This document shows positions 30,382 to 39,206 of a stretch of DNA of 64,000 nucleotides, piece by piece (positions within the stretch are counted from its first letter, which is position 1; each line of letters opens with the position of its first letter). This DNA comes from Cyanobacteria bacterium K_Offshore_surface_m2_239 (GTDB lineage: Bacteria; Cyanobacteriota; Cyanobacteriia; PCC-6307; Cyanobiaceae): positions 2,548 to 66,547 of the forward strand of contig VGQX01000001.1 of the NCBI GenBank assembly GCA_016882305.1. The letters are read 5' to 3'. Under the pieces are notes generated by a model, which worked only from the letters and a program-made list of their open reading frames with translations, searched no databases and had not been told where the DNA came from. Made by a program: the position numbers and the translations under genes.

Positions 30382-31329
30382 TCATCCCCAACAGGCGTCC
30401 ACCTCCAGGCGACCCGCATCCCCATCCAGTCGCGCCCACGCGCCCACCGGCAGCGCGGCGTTGCCCGGCGTGTGCCCCACCGGCAGGTTGGCCACCACGG
30501 GGATACCCAGATCGGCGGTGCGCTCCCGCAGCACCTGCTCGGCGCTGAAGCGAGCCTCCTCGGGCTCCCCGTCCCGATCGCTGTCGACACAGCCACTGAA
30601 GGATCCCAGGCCCAGTCCAGCCAGCTGTCGCAACGCGCCACTGAGACGCCAGTGGGTGAGCATCCGCTCGAGGCGATAGGGCGCCTCTCCCACGTCCTCG
30701 AACACCACGATCGCTCCCCGCAGATCGGGCAGGTGGGGGGTGCCCAGCAGATGGGTCGCCACGGTGAGGTTGGCCGTCAGAAGCGGTCCTTCCCCGACGC
30801 CCCCGACCCAACCCTCCCCCGCCAGCGGCGCCACGCCCCGGCCGAAGAGGAGGTCGCGCAGGCGCACCTGACTCCAGAGTGGTTCGCTGGCCAGGGTGGT
30901 GAGCAAAGGGCCGTGCACGCCCCCCGCCCAGCCCCGCGCCCACCGGGCCCAGAGCAGGGAGGTGACGTCGGAAAAGCCGAGCAGCCATTGGGGGGAGGGG
31001 TTGGTCTCCAGCCAGGCCGGAAGGGGATGGGAGGGCTCGGGCAACAACCGCGCCGCCCCCCACCCCCCGCGCACGCAGGCCAGCAGGGGAACCCTTCGGC
31101 CCGCTGGCTCCCCTGGCGCCAGATCGGCCGCCCGTTCCGCGTCGCGCCCCGCCAGATACCCCCAGCGCCGTCCCAGCAGAGCCGCGCTGTCCCCCACCTC
31201 CAGTCCCCAGCTCCGCAGAACACGCCGTCCCGCCTCCAGTCGCTCGGAGCCCTCAAGCGCGGAGCTCGCGGCGACAAGCTCCACCCGATCGCCTGGGCGC
31301 AAGGGTGGCGGAAGTGCCGGCGGTCGCAT
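30382..31329 (-). CDS. ldcA: LD-carboxypeptidase (peptidase S66, muramoyltetrapeptide carboxypeptidase)
   Basis: 315 aa from the internal ATG (MRPPALPPPLRPGDRVELVA). Nucleophile context LLGFSDVTSL. C-terminal GHTPGN-type segment. Confidence 0.85.
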   Translation of the reverse strand: MRPPALPPPLRPGDRVELVAASSALEGSERLEAGRRVLRSWGLEVGDSAALLGRRWGYLAGRDAERAADLAPGEPAGRRVPLLACVRGGWGAARLLPEPSHPLPAWLETNPSPQWLLGFSDVTSLLWARWARGWAGGVHGPLLTTLASEPLWSQVRLRDLLFGRGVAPLAGEGWVGGVGEGPLLTANLTVATHLLGTPHLPDLRGAIVVFEDVGEAPYRLERMLTHWRLSGALRQLAGLGLGSFSGCVDSDRDGEPEEARFSAEQVLRERTADLGIPVVANLPVGHTPGNAALPVGAWARLDGDAGRLEVDACWG

Positions 31330-32267
31330 CACGGGCCTCCTGTCCCGGCCCGGCCCACCACCAGGGCCAGCAGCAGCAGGCCCCCGAGCAGCACCTGATG
31401 GCTGAAATGCGCTCCGTAGGCGCCAGGAGGCGGGGCGGGTTGCCGCAACAGGGCCGCCTCGCGCTGCATGGCCAAGGTCGCGGCGCCCCAGAGCAGCCAG
31501 AACGGTGGCGTGGCCATCCCCCGCAGCAGGGCGGCGCCAGCCAGGGCAACGGCGGTGAAGGCATAACACACCGCCACGACACCGGCCGCGGCCCCGCCGA
31601 GGGTGAGCGCGCTGCTGCGTATCCCGATGCGCCGATCATCCTCCCGGTCGCTCATGGCATAGACGGTGTCGAACCCGAACGTCCACACGACGGCGGCAAG
31701 CCAGGTGAGCGCCAGGGGGACGGCCTGGGCGCCGCCGGCGAAGCCCTCCGGCCCGCCGCTGGCGGCCCAGGGGATCAACACGGCGAAACCCCAGCAGAGG
31801 GCGAGCACGAGCTGGGGAAAGGGAAACCAGCGCTTGGCGGACGGGTAGAGCAACACCAGTGGCAGACAGGCGAGCGCCAACGCCACGCAGAGGGTCCGGG
31901 TCGGGCCCGGCAGAACCAGCACCACTATCAGGGCTGCCGACAGGCAGAGCGCCAGGAGCGTCCAAGCGGCGGCGAGACCCACCCGACCCGAGGCCAGGGG
32001 GCGCCCTTTCGTGCGCTCCACCCGCGGGTCGATCTTTCGGTCCCAGAGATCGTTGGCGATGCAGCCCGCGCCGCTCACCGCCAGGCCGCCCAAGACGATC
32101 CATCCCACCAGGACAGGATCGGGAGGGGAGGTGGGGCTCAGCCACAAAGCCCACCCCGCGGGGATGAGAAGGATCAGGCGACCGCTGGGCTTGTGCCAGC
32201 GCAACAGCTCCAGCCACGGGCCCACCCGTTGGACCAGCGTCCTGGCGCCCCCAGGGGTGAAGCCCAC
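31329..32267 (-). CDS. ubiA: 4-hydroxybenzoate polyprenyltransferase (plastoquinone pathway UbiA homologue)
   Basis: 312 aa. CIANDLWDRKIDPRVERTKGRPLASG and a second Asp-rich motif YAMSDREDDRRIGI. The stop shares 1 nt with the ldcA ATG. Confidence 0.9.
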   Translation of the reverse strand: MGFTPGGARTLVQRVGPWLELLRWHKPSGRLILLIPAGWALWLSPTSPPDPVLVGWIVLGGLAVSGAGCIANDLWDRKIDPRVERTKGRPLASGRVGLAAAWTLLALCLSAALIVVLVLPGPTRTLCVALALACLPLVLLYPSAKRWFPFPQLVLALCWGFAVLIPWAASGGPEGFAGGAQAVPLALTWLAAVVWTFGFDTVYAMSDREDDRRIGIRSSALTLGGAAAGVVAVCYAFTAVALAGAALLRGMATPPFWLLWGAATLAMQREAALLRQPAPPPGAYGAHFSHQVLLGGLLLLALVVGRAGTGGP

Positions 32268-32355
32268 CCGCTCTCGCTCAACTGCGCTCGATTATCGATG
32301 GCCGCCCCTGCGGATTGCCGCGAGGGGCTGACCCTCGGGCGGCAAGAATGGCAAA

Positions 32356-34098
32356 GTGGCGCCGCCTGAACCCCGGCCTGAACCCCGGACTGTCCCCATG
32401 GGCATGACCCCGATGGGCACCCAACCGATGGGCAACGGCGCGCCCTCGGAGTTGCCCCCCTCCGAAGGCCTCCCCCCCGGCGGGGAGCGGCGGGTGGCCG
32501 CGATCGACATCGGCACCAACTCGATCCATCTCCTGATCGCCGCCGTGGATCCGGCGCTGCACAGCTTTCGCGTGCTGTTGGCGGAGAAAGCCACCACCCG
32601 CCTGGGAGAGAGAGATCCCGTGAGCGGCGACCTGGCCGGTGAGGCCATCGAACGCGCCTTCCTCACCCTGCGCCATTGCCGCGATCTGGCCCGGAGCCAT
32701 GGCGTGGAGCAGATCCTCACCGCCGCCACCAGCGCCGTGCGGGAGGCCCCCAACGGTCGAGAGGTGTTGCAGGCCATCGAGGATCAGCTGGGCCTGGAGG
32801 TGGATCTGGTCAGCGGGCCGGAGGAGGCGCGCTTGATCTATCTCGGCGTGCTGTCCGGCATGGCGTTCGGCCAGACACCCCACGTCATTCTGGACATTGG
32901 CGGCGGCTCGACCGAGCTGATCCTGGCCGATGGCTCCGACGCGCGGGTGCTGACCAGCACGCGAATCGGCGCCGTGCGCCTGCATCGCGACTTCGGTCAG
33001 GAGGATCCCCTGCCGCCGGCCCGTCGGGTCTTTCTGGAGGCCTACATCCAGGGGGCTTTGGATCCAGCCGTCGCCCAGATCAAGGCGGCGTTGCGGTCTG
33101 GAGAGAAACCCTTGCTTGTGGGCACCAGCGGCACCGCGATGGCCGTGGCCGCCCTTTTGGCGGCGGAGGAGGGTCGAGCCCCCATGCGCCTGCAGGGCTA
33201 TCGCTTCAGCCGATCCCGGCTGGAGGCGCTGCTCAGCCGTCTGATCACGCTGCCGTTGGAGCAGCGTCGGCATTTGCCAGGCATCAATGAGCGCCGCGCC
33301 GAGATCATCGTGCCCGGGGCGCTCATCCTGCACACCGCGATGGCGATGTTGCAGTTGCGCGAGCTGGTGGTCTGTGAGCGGGCGTTGCGCGAAGGCTTGA
33401 TCGTCGACTGGATGCTCCGGCAGGGGTTGCTGGATGACCGGTTCGCGTTTCAGAGCACGATCCGGGAGCGCACGGTCCTGCACCTGGCGCGCACCTACGG
33501 GGTGGATGTGGATCGCGCCTCCCGCGTCGCCAGCCTGGCGTTGAGCCTGTATGACCAGACCCGGGGCTGGCTGCACCAAGACGACGGCCAGGGTCGGCTC
33601 CTCCTCTGGGCCGCCGCCCAGCTCCACGCCTGCGGTCAACACATCAACGTGGCCGCCTACCACAAACACACCTGGTACCTCATACGCCATGGGGAGCTGC
33701 TCGGCTATTCCGAGGTGGAACACCTGATGGTGGCGGCCATCGCCCGCTACCACCGCCGCGGTCTGCCCAAGAAACGGCATGAGTCCTGGCAGCTGATCGA
33801 AAGCCGCGAGGATCGCCGGACCGTGAGCACCATGGCCCTGCTGCTGCGGCTGGCCGCGGCGCTCGATCGACGCCCGGGCCGGGTGGTGGCAGCGCTGCGG
33901 GCGCGCCGCCTGGAGGCCGCCAGCCTGGAGATCACCCTGCTGCCTGAACCCTCTCCGGAGGGGGAGGGTTGGCAGGATCTCAGCCTGGAATGCTGGAGCT
34001 TGCGGTCTTGTGCACCGGCGGTGCTGGAGGCCTCGGGGTTCGACCTCAAGGTGTCGGCGGAAGCGATGGGGGATGGAGCGCGGATCCCGCCGCGCTGA
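32356..34098 (+). CDS. ppx: exopolyphosphatase / Ppx-GppA family phosphatase
   Basis: 580-aa ORF. AAIDIGTNSIHLLIA, ILDIGGGSTE, and a C-terminal HD-like domain. The start (GTG 32356 or ATG about 42 nt downstream) is uncertain. Confidence 0.9.
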   Translation: MAPPEPRPEPRTVPMGMTPMGTQPMGNGAPSELPPSEGLPPGGERRVAAIDIGTNSIHLLIAAVDPALHSFRVLLAEKATTRLGERDPVSGDLAGEAIERAFLTLRHCRDLARSHGVEQILTAATSAVREAPNGREVLQAIEDQLGLEVDLVSGPEEARLIYLGVLSGMAFGQTPHVILDIGGGSTELILADGSDARVLTSTRIGAVRLHRDFGQEDPLPPARRVFLEAYIQGALDPAVAQIKAALRSGEKPLLVGTSGTAMAVAALLAAEEGRAPMRLQGYRFSRSRLEALLSRLITLPLEQRRHLPGINERRAEIIVPGALILHTAMAMLQLRELVVCERALREGLIVDWMLRQGLLDDRFAFQSTIRERTVLHLARTYGVDVDRASRVASLALSLYDQTRGWLHQDDGQGRLLLWAAAQLHACGQHINVAAYHKHTWYLIRHGELLGYSEVEHLMVAAIARYHRRGLPKKRHESWQLIESREDRRTVSTMALLLRLAAALDRRPGRVVAALRARRLEAASLEITLLPEPSPEGEGWQDLSLECWSLRSCAPAVLEASGFDLKVSAEAMGDGARIPPR

Positions 34099-35002
34099 AA
34101 CGTTTCCAGCGAATGTCGGTCACGCTCCCCAGGGCCTCCGCTGGAGCCGCCCCGACAGACGCGCGGACGGCGTGGGGGCGCCCGGCGATCACCTCGATGC
34201 CGCTGCCGACGGGAAATCGCTTCTCCCCGGTGAGGATGCCCTCAAACAGGGTGCGGCCCCCCAGGTCGCGCACCTCCACCCAGCTGGGCTCGCTGGCCTG
34301 AAGCCGCAGGCTGTTCGCCGCCGCAGGGGACGCCGCGGGAGCGGTGGCGGATGCCGGAGTCGCGACGGGACCGGGGGCAGGCGCGGGGGCGGGCAGGGTC
34401 GCAACGCCCTGAGGGCTGGGGCGAGGACGCGACAACCAGACGGTCGCCAGGGCTCCAGCGACAACAAGAGCGGCGAGGGCCGCCAGCGGCCAGCGATCGG
34501 GGCCCGGGGGGCCGGGGTGATGGGCGAAGTCTCCCCCCTGGCTCTCGGAGCTGACGGTCACCGGGCTGGGCGGCGGCGCTCCCGGGCCCCGGGAGTCCGG
34601 GACCCCGGGATCAGCCTCTCGGGGAGCGATCGGAGGGGGCACGGGTCGGACGGCCTCCTCGGCACCCCCTTCCGGCGAGGCTGGGCGGACGGCGGGGACA
34701 GAGCGCCGCATCAGACGACTCTCACGCACCGCCTGGAGGGCCTCGTCCACATCGGCGTTCAGAGCTTCCGCCACCCGTCGGGCCAGAGCCACCACGAAGA
34801 CGCCCTCCGGCAAACGGGTGTGGTCTCCCTCTTCCAGCGCTTGCAGTTGGCGCGGCGCCAGCCGCAAGCGCTGGGTGAGGGCGTCCTGCGACATCCCCGC
34901 CGTCTGGCGCGCCTGAGCCAATTGCTGCCCCAACCGCCGCAATTCAGGAATCAGCGGCTCCGCCCCCTCGCCGCGGACGCTCGGAGTCAGAGGATCGCTC
35001 AA
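34046..35002 (-). CDS. RodZ-like HTH membrane protein (HTH + TM + DUF4115-like domain)
   Basis: 318 aa. Xre-type HTH (LGQQLAQARQTAGMSQDALTQRLRL), Pro-rich linker, one TM helix (WPLAALAALVVAGALATVWL), and a C-terminal beta domain (LRLQASEPSWVEVRDLGGRTLFEGIL). TTG start uncertain. Confidence 0.7.
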   Translation of the reverse strand: MSDPLTPSVRGEGAEPLIPELRRLGQQLAQARQTAGMSQDALTQRLRLAPRQLQALEEGDHTRLPEGVFVVALARRVAEALNADVDEALQAVRESRLMRRSVPAVRPASPEGGAEEAVRPVPPPIAPREADPGVPDSRGPGAPPPSPVTVSSESQGGDFAHHPGPPGPDRWPLAALAALVVAGALATVWLSRPRPSPQGVATLPAPAPAPGPVATPASATAPAASPAAANSLRLQASEPSWVEVRDLGGRTLFEGILTGEKRFPVGSGIEVIAGRPHAVRASVGAAPAEALGSVTDIRWKRFSAAGSALHPPSLPPTP

Positions 35003-35241
35003 GGGTTCCGGGAGGTGTGCTTGTCCAGTATGGACAACCTTCCGTCAGCGTTCCAGTGGTGACAAGATCCCGATGGCCGAGAGGATAAGACGGGACAGCC
35101 GGGGTCCCGCCATCGGGCTGCGGCGAGGTGGCTCAGCCTTGAACTCAAGGGTGTGGTTGTTGAGGGGTCCAACGCTCTGGATCCCGACAAAAAATAATCC
35201 GACAGCAATATCAATATTGTTATAGTTTTTCAAAGCTTTGA

Positions 35242-35313
<72 letters not shown>

Positions 35314-35538
35314 TCGAATGTGTCCCTTCCAGCTCGTGAAGGAAAGCCAGTGGTGGCCTCCAAACCTCACGTGACCCGCGAAAGCGGATGGCCTTCAGAG
35401 TCTGCGGAAGCCCAGAATGAAGTAACCCGGAGGTCGGTTTGCTGAGCCTGTGCTGTGACTAGCGAAGCATAGGGCACGGCCCCCCGCTGAGGGAAACCTG
35501 ATCCGCCACCATGGAAAAGCCCTCGACCCCTGGCATCC

Positions 35539-37092
35539 ATGCCGCCGCTGGAGACCTCTGCCGTTGAAGCGGCAGCCTTGCCCAGCACGGATGTGCTGAT
35601 CGTTGGCGGTGGTGTCTGTGGAGCCGCCCTGCTGTTCGTTCTCGCGCGCTACTCCTCCCTGCGACACGTGACCCTGGTGGAGCGTCAGGCTCGGCTGGCG
35701 CAGGTGAATTCCCGGGCCTCCAGCAACAGCCAAACCATCCACTGCGGAGATATCGAGACCAATTACACACTGGAAAAGGCGCTCAAGGTGCAGCGCATTG
35801 CGGGCATGATCAGTCGCTACGCCTCGCTCCTGCCCGCGTCTGAACGCGAACGCTGCGTGTTTCAGACCCAGAAGCTGGTTTTGGCTGTGGGAGAGGCGGA
35901 AACCAGCAAACTGCGGGAAAGATATCAGCGATTTTCTCCCCATTTCCCCCACATGCGGTTGCTGGAGAAAGAGACCATCGCCGAATGGGAGCCCCGCGTC
36001 GCCCTCGTGAATGGCGCCCTGCGCGACGAGGATCTGCTGGCCATCGGCATTCGCGGCGAAGCCACGGCGGTGGATTACGAAGCGCTTTCGGAATCGTTTG
36101 TGGACCAGGCCCGTCAACACTTCGGCGCGGAGCCCGGGCGCACGTTGGACCTTCACCTCGGGACCGAGCTGCGCCAGATCACGCCCGATGGGGATGGCTT
36201 CCTTGTCGACCTGGCCCCCTGGTCGGGGGGAGAAGGAGCGCCAGGACGGCTTGCGCAACCCCAGCGGCTGCGGGCGCGCCACGTGGTGGTCAACGCCGGT
36301 GCCCACAGCCTGCTGCTGGCCCAACGCATGGGTTATGGCCTGCGGTATTCCTGCCTGCCGGTGGCGGGAAGTTTCTACTTTGCACCCTCTGTTCTGCGGG
36401 GGAAGGTCTACACCATGCAGAACGACAAGCTTCCCTTTGCCGCCTTGCACGGCGATCCCGACGTGCGCGTCGGCGCGCAGACTCGGTTTGGACCCACCGC
36501 GCTGCTGCTGCCCCTGCTGGAACGCTACAGACCAGCCTCCTTCCTGGACTTCCTGCGGGTGCTGCGCCTGGATGGCGATGTCTTGGCGGTCCTGAGCCAG
36601 CTCTTCGCCGATCCGGACATCCGGGCCTACATCCTGCGCAACCTCCTCTACGAGGTTCCCGGACTGCGTCGGCGACTGTTCTTGGCCGATGTGCGCAAGA
36701 TCGTGCCCGATCTGCGGGTGGAGGATCTCCGGTTCGCCCAGGGGTATGGCGGGGTTCGCCCCCAATTGATTGACAAGGAGCAAGGGAAGTTGCTGTTGGG
36801 CGAGGTGAGCATTCCCGCCTGTCCGGGCTTGATCTTCAACGTCACCCCCTCCCCCGGGGGCACCTGCTGTTTGGGAAATGCCGTGCGTGATGCCCGATCG
36901 GTCGTCGACCATCTGGCGTCCTCCCTCGATCAGGCGCGGTTGGAGCAAGAGCTGCTGGTTGTCCCGCCGGAGCAAGACAGCCCTCGGGCGGCAGAGTGGC
37001 GGCCGGCTGACACCAGCGTTCAGCCAGCCGCCGTGGAGGGGCCCGCGGGGCCGCCCATGGAGGAGGCCAGAGGACTCTCCGTCAGCTCCTGA
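35539..37092 (+). CDS. mqo: malate:quinone oxidoreductase family FAD-dependent oxidoreductase
   Basis: 517 aa. FAD fold DVLIVGGGVCGAAL. Collinear with Mqo (VERQARLAQVNSRASSNSQTIHCGDIETNYT, FGPTALLLP, GGVRPQLI, PSPGGT). Confidence 0.8.
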   Translation: MPPLETSAVEAAALPSTDVLIVGGGVCGAALLFVLARYSSLRHVTLVERQARLAQVNSRASSNSQTIHCGDIETNYTLEKALKVQRIAGMISRYASLLPASERERCVFQTQKLVLAVGEAETSKLRERYQRFSPHFPHMRLLEKETIAEWEPRVALVNGALRDEDLLAIGIRGEATAVDYEALSESFVDQARQHFGAEPGRTLDLHLGTELRQITPDGDGFLVDLAPWSGGEGAPGRLAQPQRLRARHVVVNAGAHSLLLAQRMGYGLRYSCLPVAGSFYFAPSVLRGKVYTMQNDKLPFAALHGDPDVRVGAQTRFGPTALLLPLLERYRPASFLDFLRVLRLDGDVLAVLSQLFADPDIRAYILRNLLYEVPGLRRRLFLADVRKIVPDLRVEDLRFAQGYGGVRPQLIDKEQGKLLLGEVSIPACPGLIFNVTPSPGGTCCLGNAVRDARSVVDHLASSLDQARLEQELLVVPPEQDSPRAAEWRPADTSVQPAAVEGPAGPPMEEARGLSVSS

Positions 37093-37307
37093 TCAATCAA
37101 GGCATCCAGGGTCACCGCGGAATGCACCAGGGCTTGGTAGCGGCGGATGACCCGTTGGCTGCGCTTCATCGCCTGTCCCGGGTGGTTGGAGAGCTCCCCT
37201 GGACCCGGCCCCACCGCGCCGCCATCCTCCAGCAGGAGGTCGAGGTCGTCCTGGTGAGCCAGCAAGGCCAGCACCAGTTCATGGATGCGTTGACGTCGAT
37301 CGGTCAT
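37020..37307 (-). CDS. hypothetical small protein
   Basis: 95-aa ORF, divergent from cobL (38-nt spacer). Its 3' end overlaps the mqo tail by 73 nt. No family recognised. May be a high-GC artefact. Confidence 0.3.
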   Translation of the reverse strand: MTDRRQRIHELVLALLAHQDDLDLLLEDGGAVGPGPGELSNHPGQAMKRSQRVIRRYQALVHSAVTLDALIDQELTESPLASSMGGPAGPSTAAG

Positions 37308-37345
37308 GGTGGAGAGTCGTCCTCCCGCGAAGGGGCAGCGGCATC

Positions 37346-38644
37346 ATGGTGAGCGGGCATCTGGATGTGGTGGGCACGGACGCCGCCGGCCTGACCAGCC
37401 TGACGTCCGCCTGGCGGCAACGGTTGCGGGAGGTGGACTGGGTGGCCGCGCCCAGCCGTCTTCATGGCGACCTGGAACCCTGGTGCGCCACGGCGCAACC
37501 CCCCCCTCGGCTGCTGGAGACGGATCGCCTCGATCAGCTGCTCCCCGTGCTCAAGACAGCGCTCCAGGAGGGGCAACAGGGGGTGTTGCTGGCCAGTGGG
37601 GACCCGCTCTGGTTCGGCATCGGTCGCCTCCTCCTGGCCTCCTTGCCCTCCGACTGTCTGGCCTTCCACCCCGCCCCCACCTCCCTTCAGCTGGCCTTCT
37701 CGCGCTTGGCCCGTCCCTGGCAGGACGCCCGCTGGGTGAGTGTGCATGGCCGCGATCCGGAACCGCTGGTGGAGGCTCTGCGCCAGCGTCCCCCCGCCCT
37801 TGGCGTTCTGACCGACCCTGGCCCCGGCAGCGCGGAGACGGTGCGCCGTGTCCTTGTGGCCTCTGGCCTGGCGCGGAGTTACGGTCTCTGGATCTGCGAA
37901 CGGCTGGGTCACCCCCGCGAGCGGGTGCGGCGGCTGCCCGCTGATCAGCCGCTTCCCGAGGATTTGGACCCGCTGCATCTGGTGGTGCTCCTGGCCGAAC
38001 CGCCTGCGGCGCCCGACCCCGACACCCTGCCCCTCTTCGGGCTGGAGGATGGCCTCTGGTTGCAGCACGAGGACCACCCCGGGCTGATGACCAAGCGGGA
38101 GGTTCGCGTTCAGCTCCTGGCCGATCTCGACCTCCCGGCCACCGGGGTGTTGTGGGATGTGGGCGCGGGGGTGGGGTCAGTGGGCCTGGAGGCCCTGCGG
38201 CTGCGCCCCCGGCTGCGGCTCTGGGCCCTGGAGCGTCGGCTCGGCGCCGCGGCGCTCATCCAGGCCAATGCGAGCCGGCTGGGCGTGCGACCGGAGGCGG
38301 TGGTGGAAGGGGTGGCGCCAGAGGCCCTGGCGGGTTGGCCCGCGCCGGATCGCGTGCTGATCGGTGGGGCGGGGCGCGCGCGGCGGCAGGTCTTGCGGGC
38401 CGTCTTGCGCGTGTTGCGACCGGGGGGTCGGGTGGTGGTGCCCTTGGCCACCCTGGAGGCGATGGCGGAGCTGCGTGAGGATCTGGAGTCCGCCCGTCTG
38501 GAGGTGGCTGTGGGTCAGGTGCAGTTCTGGCGCGGGGTTCCCTTGGCGGAGGGCACGCGCCTCGCCCCCCTCAATCCGGTTTTTGTGGTGCGGGCTTGGC
38601 GGGGAGGGGAAGCCAGCGGATGTCCACCGGACGGCCCGCCTTGA
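37346..38644 (+). CDS. cobL: precorrin-6Y C5,15-methyltransferase (decarboxylating), CbiE/CbiT fusion
   Basis: 432 aa. N-terminal tetrapyrrole methylase domain (VLLASGDPLWFGIGRLL). C-terminal SAM methyltransferase (MTKREVR, VLWDVGAGVGSVGLE). Confidence 0.88.
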   Translation: MVSGHLDVVGTDAAGLTSLTSAWRQRLREVDWVAAPSRLHGDLEPWCATAQPPPRLLETDRLDQLLPVLKTALQEGQQGVLLASGDPLWFGIGRLLLASLPSDCLAFHPAPTSLQLAFSRLARPWQDARWVSVHGRDPEPLVEALRQRPPALGVLTDPGPGSAETVRRVLVASGLARSYGLWICERLGHPRERVRRLPADQPLPEDLDPLHLVVLLAEPPAAPDPDTLPLFGLEDGLWLQHEDHPGLMTKREVRVQLLADLDLPATGVLWDVGAGVGSVGLEALRLRPRLRLWALERRLGAAALIQANASRLGVRPEAVVEGVAPEALAGWPAPDRVLIGGAGRARRQVLRAVLRVLRPGGRVVVPLATLEAMAELREDLESARLEVAVGQVQFWRGVPLAEGTRLAPLNPVFVVRAWRGGEASGCPPDGPP

Positions 38645-39182
38645 GTCCCAGCCGCTCCGCCTCGCCCGCCCGGAGCTCCACCACCCCCTCCACGGGCTCC
38701 GCCGGGCCATAGGTGGGGCAGGGCAGGCGGGGGCAGATGGGCACATTGGCCTCGATGGCCAGGATGCGGTTGTTGGCGATGAAGATGAGATCGAGCGGGG
38801 CCAGGGTGCGATGCATCCAGAAGGTCGCCACGCTGGGCGGACTGAAGGAAAACCACATGCCCCGCAGGGGGGGAAGGGCTGGTCGCATTTGCAGCCCCAT
38901 GCTGTACTGGCGCGGGGTTTGGGGGACTTCCAGGTCGATGCAGGGAGCGGCGTTCCCGTTGTTCAAGCACCAACGGGCCTCGATCGGCAGAACCTGGGGG
39001 GGGCCTTTCTCCCTCTCCTCCGCCTTGCAGGCCGCCAGGAGCGTGCCCAGAGCCAGGAGCGCTCCCGAAAGGACCGCCCCGCCCCGAGGATGGATCGCTC
39101 CCTGCGGACGGAACGCGCCCCGAGGACGATCTGTTCCGAGAGCTCGCTCTCTCTGTGGCCTGCTCGGTTGTCGCCTGCGCAT
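38571..39182 (-). CDS. DUF192 domain lipoprotein
   Basis: 203-aa ORF. Lipobox LLAAC. DUF192 core (MGLQMRPALPPLRGMWFSF...FWMHRTLAPLDLIFI...VVELRAGEA). The start may lie downstream. Confidence 0.75.
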   Translation of the reverse strand: MRRRQPSRPQRERALGTDRPRGAFRPQGAIHPRGGAVLSGALLALGTLLAACKAEEREKGPPQVLPIEARWCLNNGNAAPCIDLEVPQTPRQYSMGLQMRPALPPLRGMWFSFSPPSVATFWMHRTLAPLDLIFIANNRILAIEANVPICPRLPCPTYGPAEPVEGVVELRAGEAERLGLKAGRPVDIRWLPLPAKPAPQKPD

Positions 39183-39206
39183 GGGTTGTCCTCAGCGGGG
39201 GGGCAT

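Noticed and set aside
32398-32436. Short tandem-like repeat, GATGGGCA three times, encoding (P)MG-x-x.
   Set aside because: It lies in the uncertain N-terminal extension or 5' region of ppx. It is too short and degenerate to be meaningful and may not even be translated.
35314-35538. Cobalamin riboswitch, considered because of GCCACCA/CCACTGG strings and nearby cob genes. Glutamine (glnA-type) riboswitch and tmRNA or two-piece tmRNA were also considered for 35003-35538.
   Set aside because: - No B12 box and no GGTGAAAATCC-type or AGGGAA segments.
- No CGTTCA...GGAAGTAGG...GAAGGAACG pattern.
- The only T-arm-like GGTTCGAATCC belongs to tRNA-Val.

Identity is left open rather than assigned.
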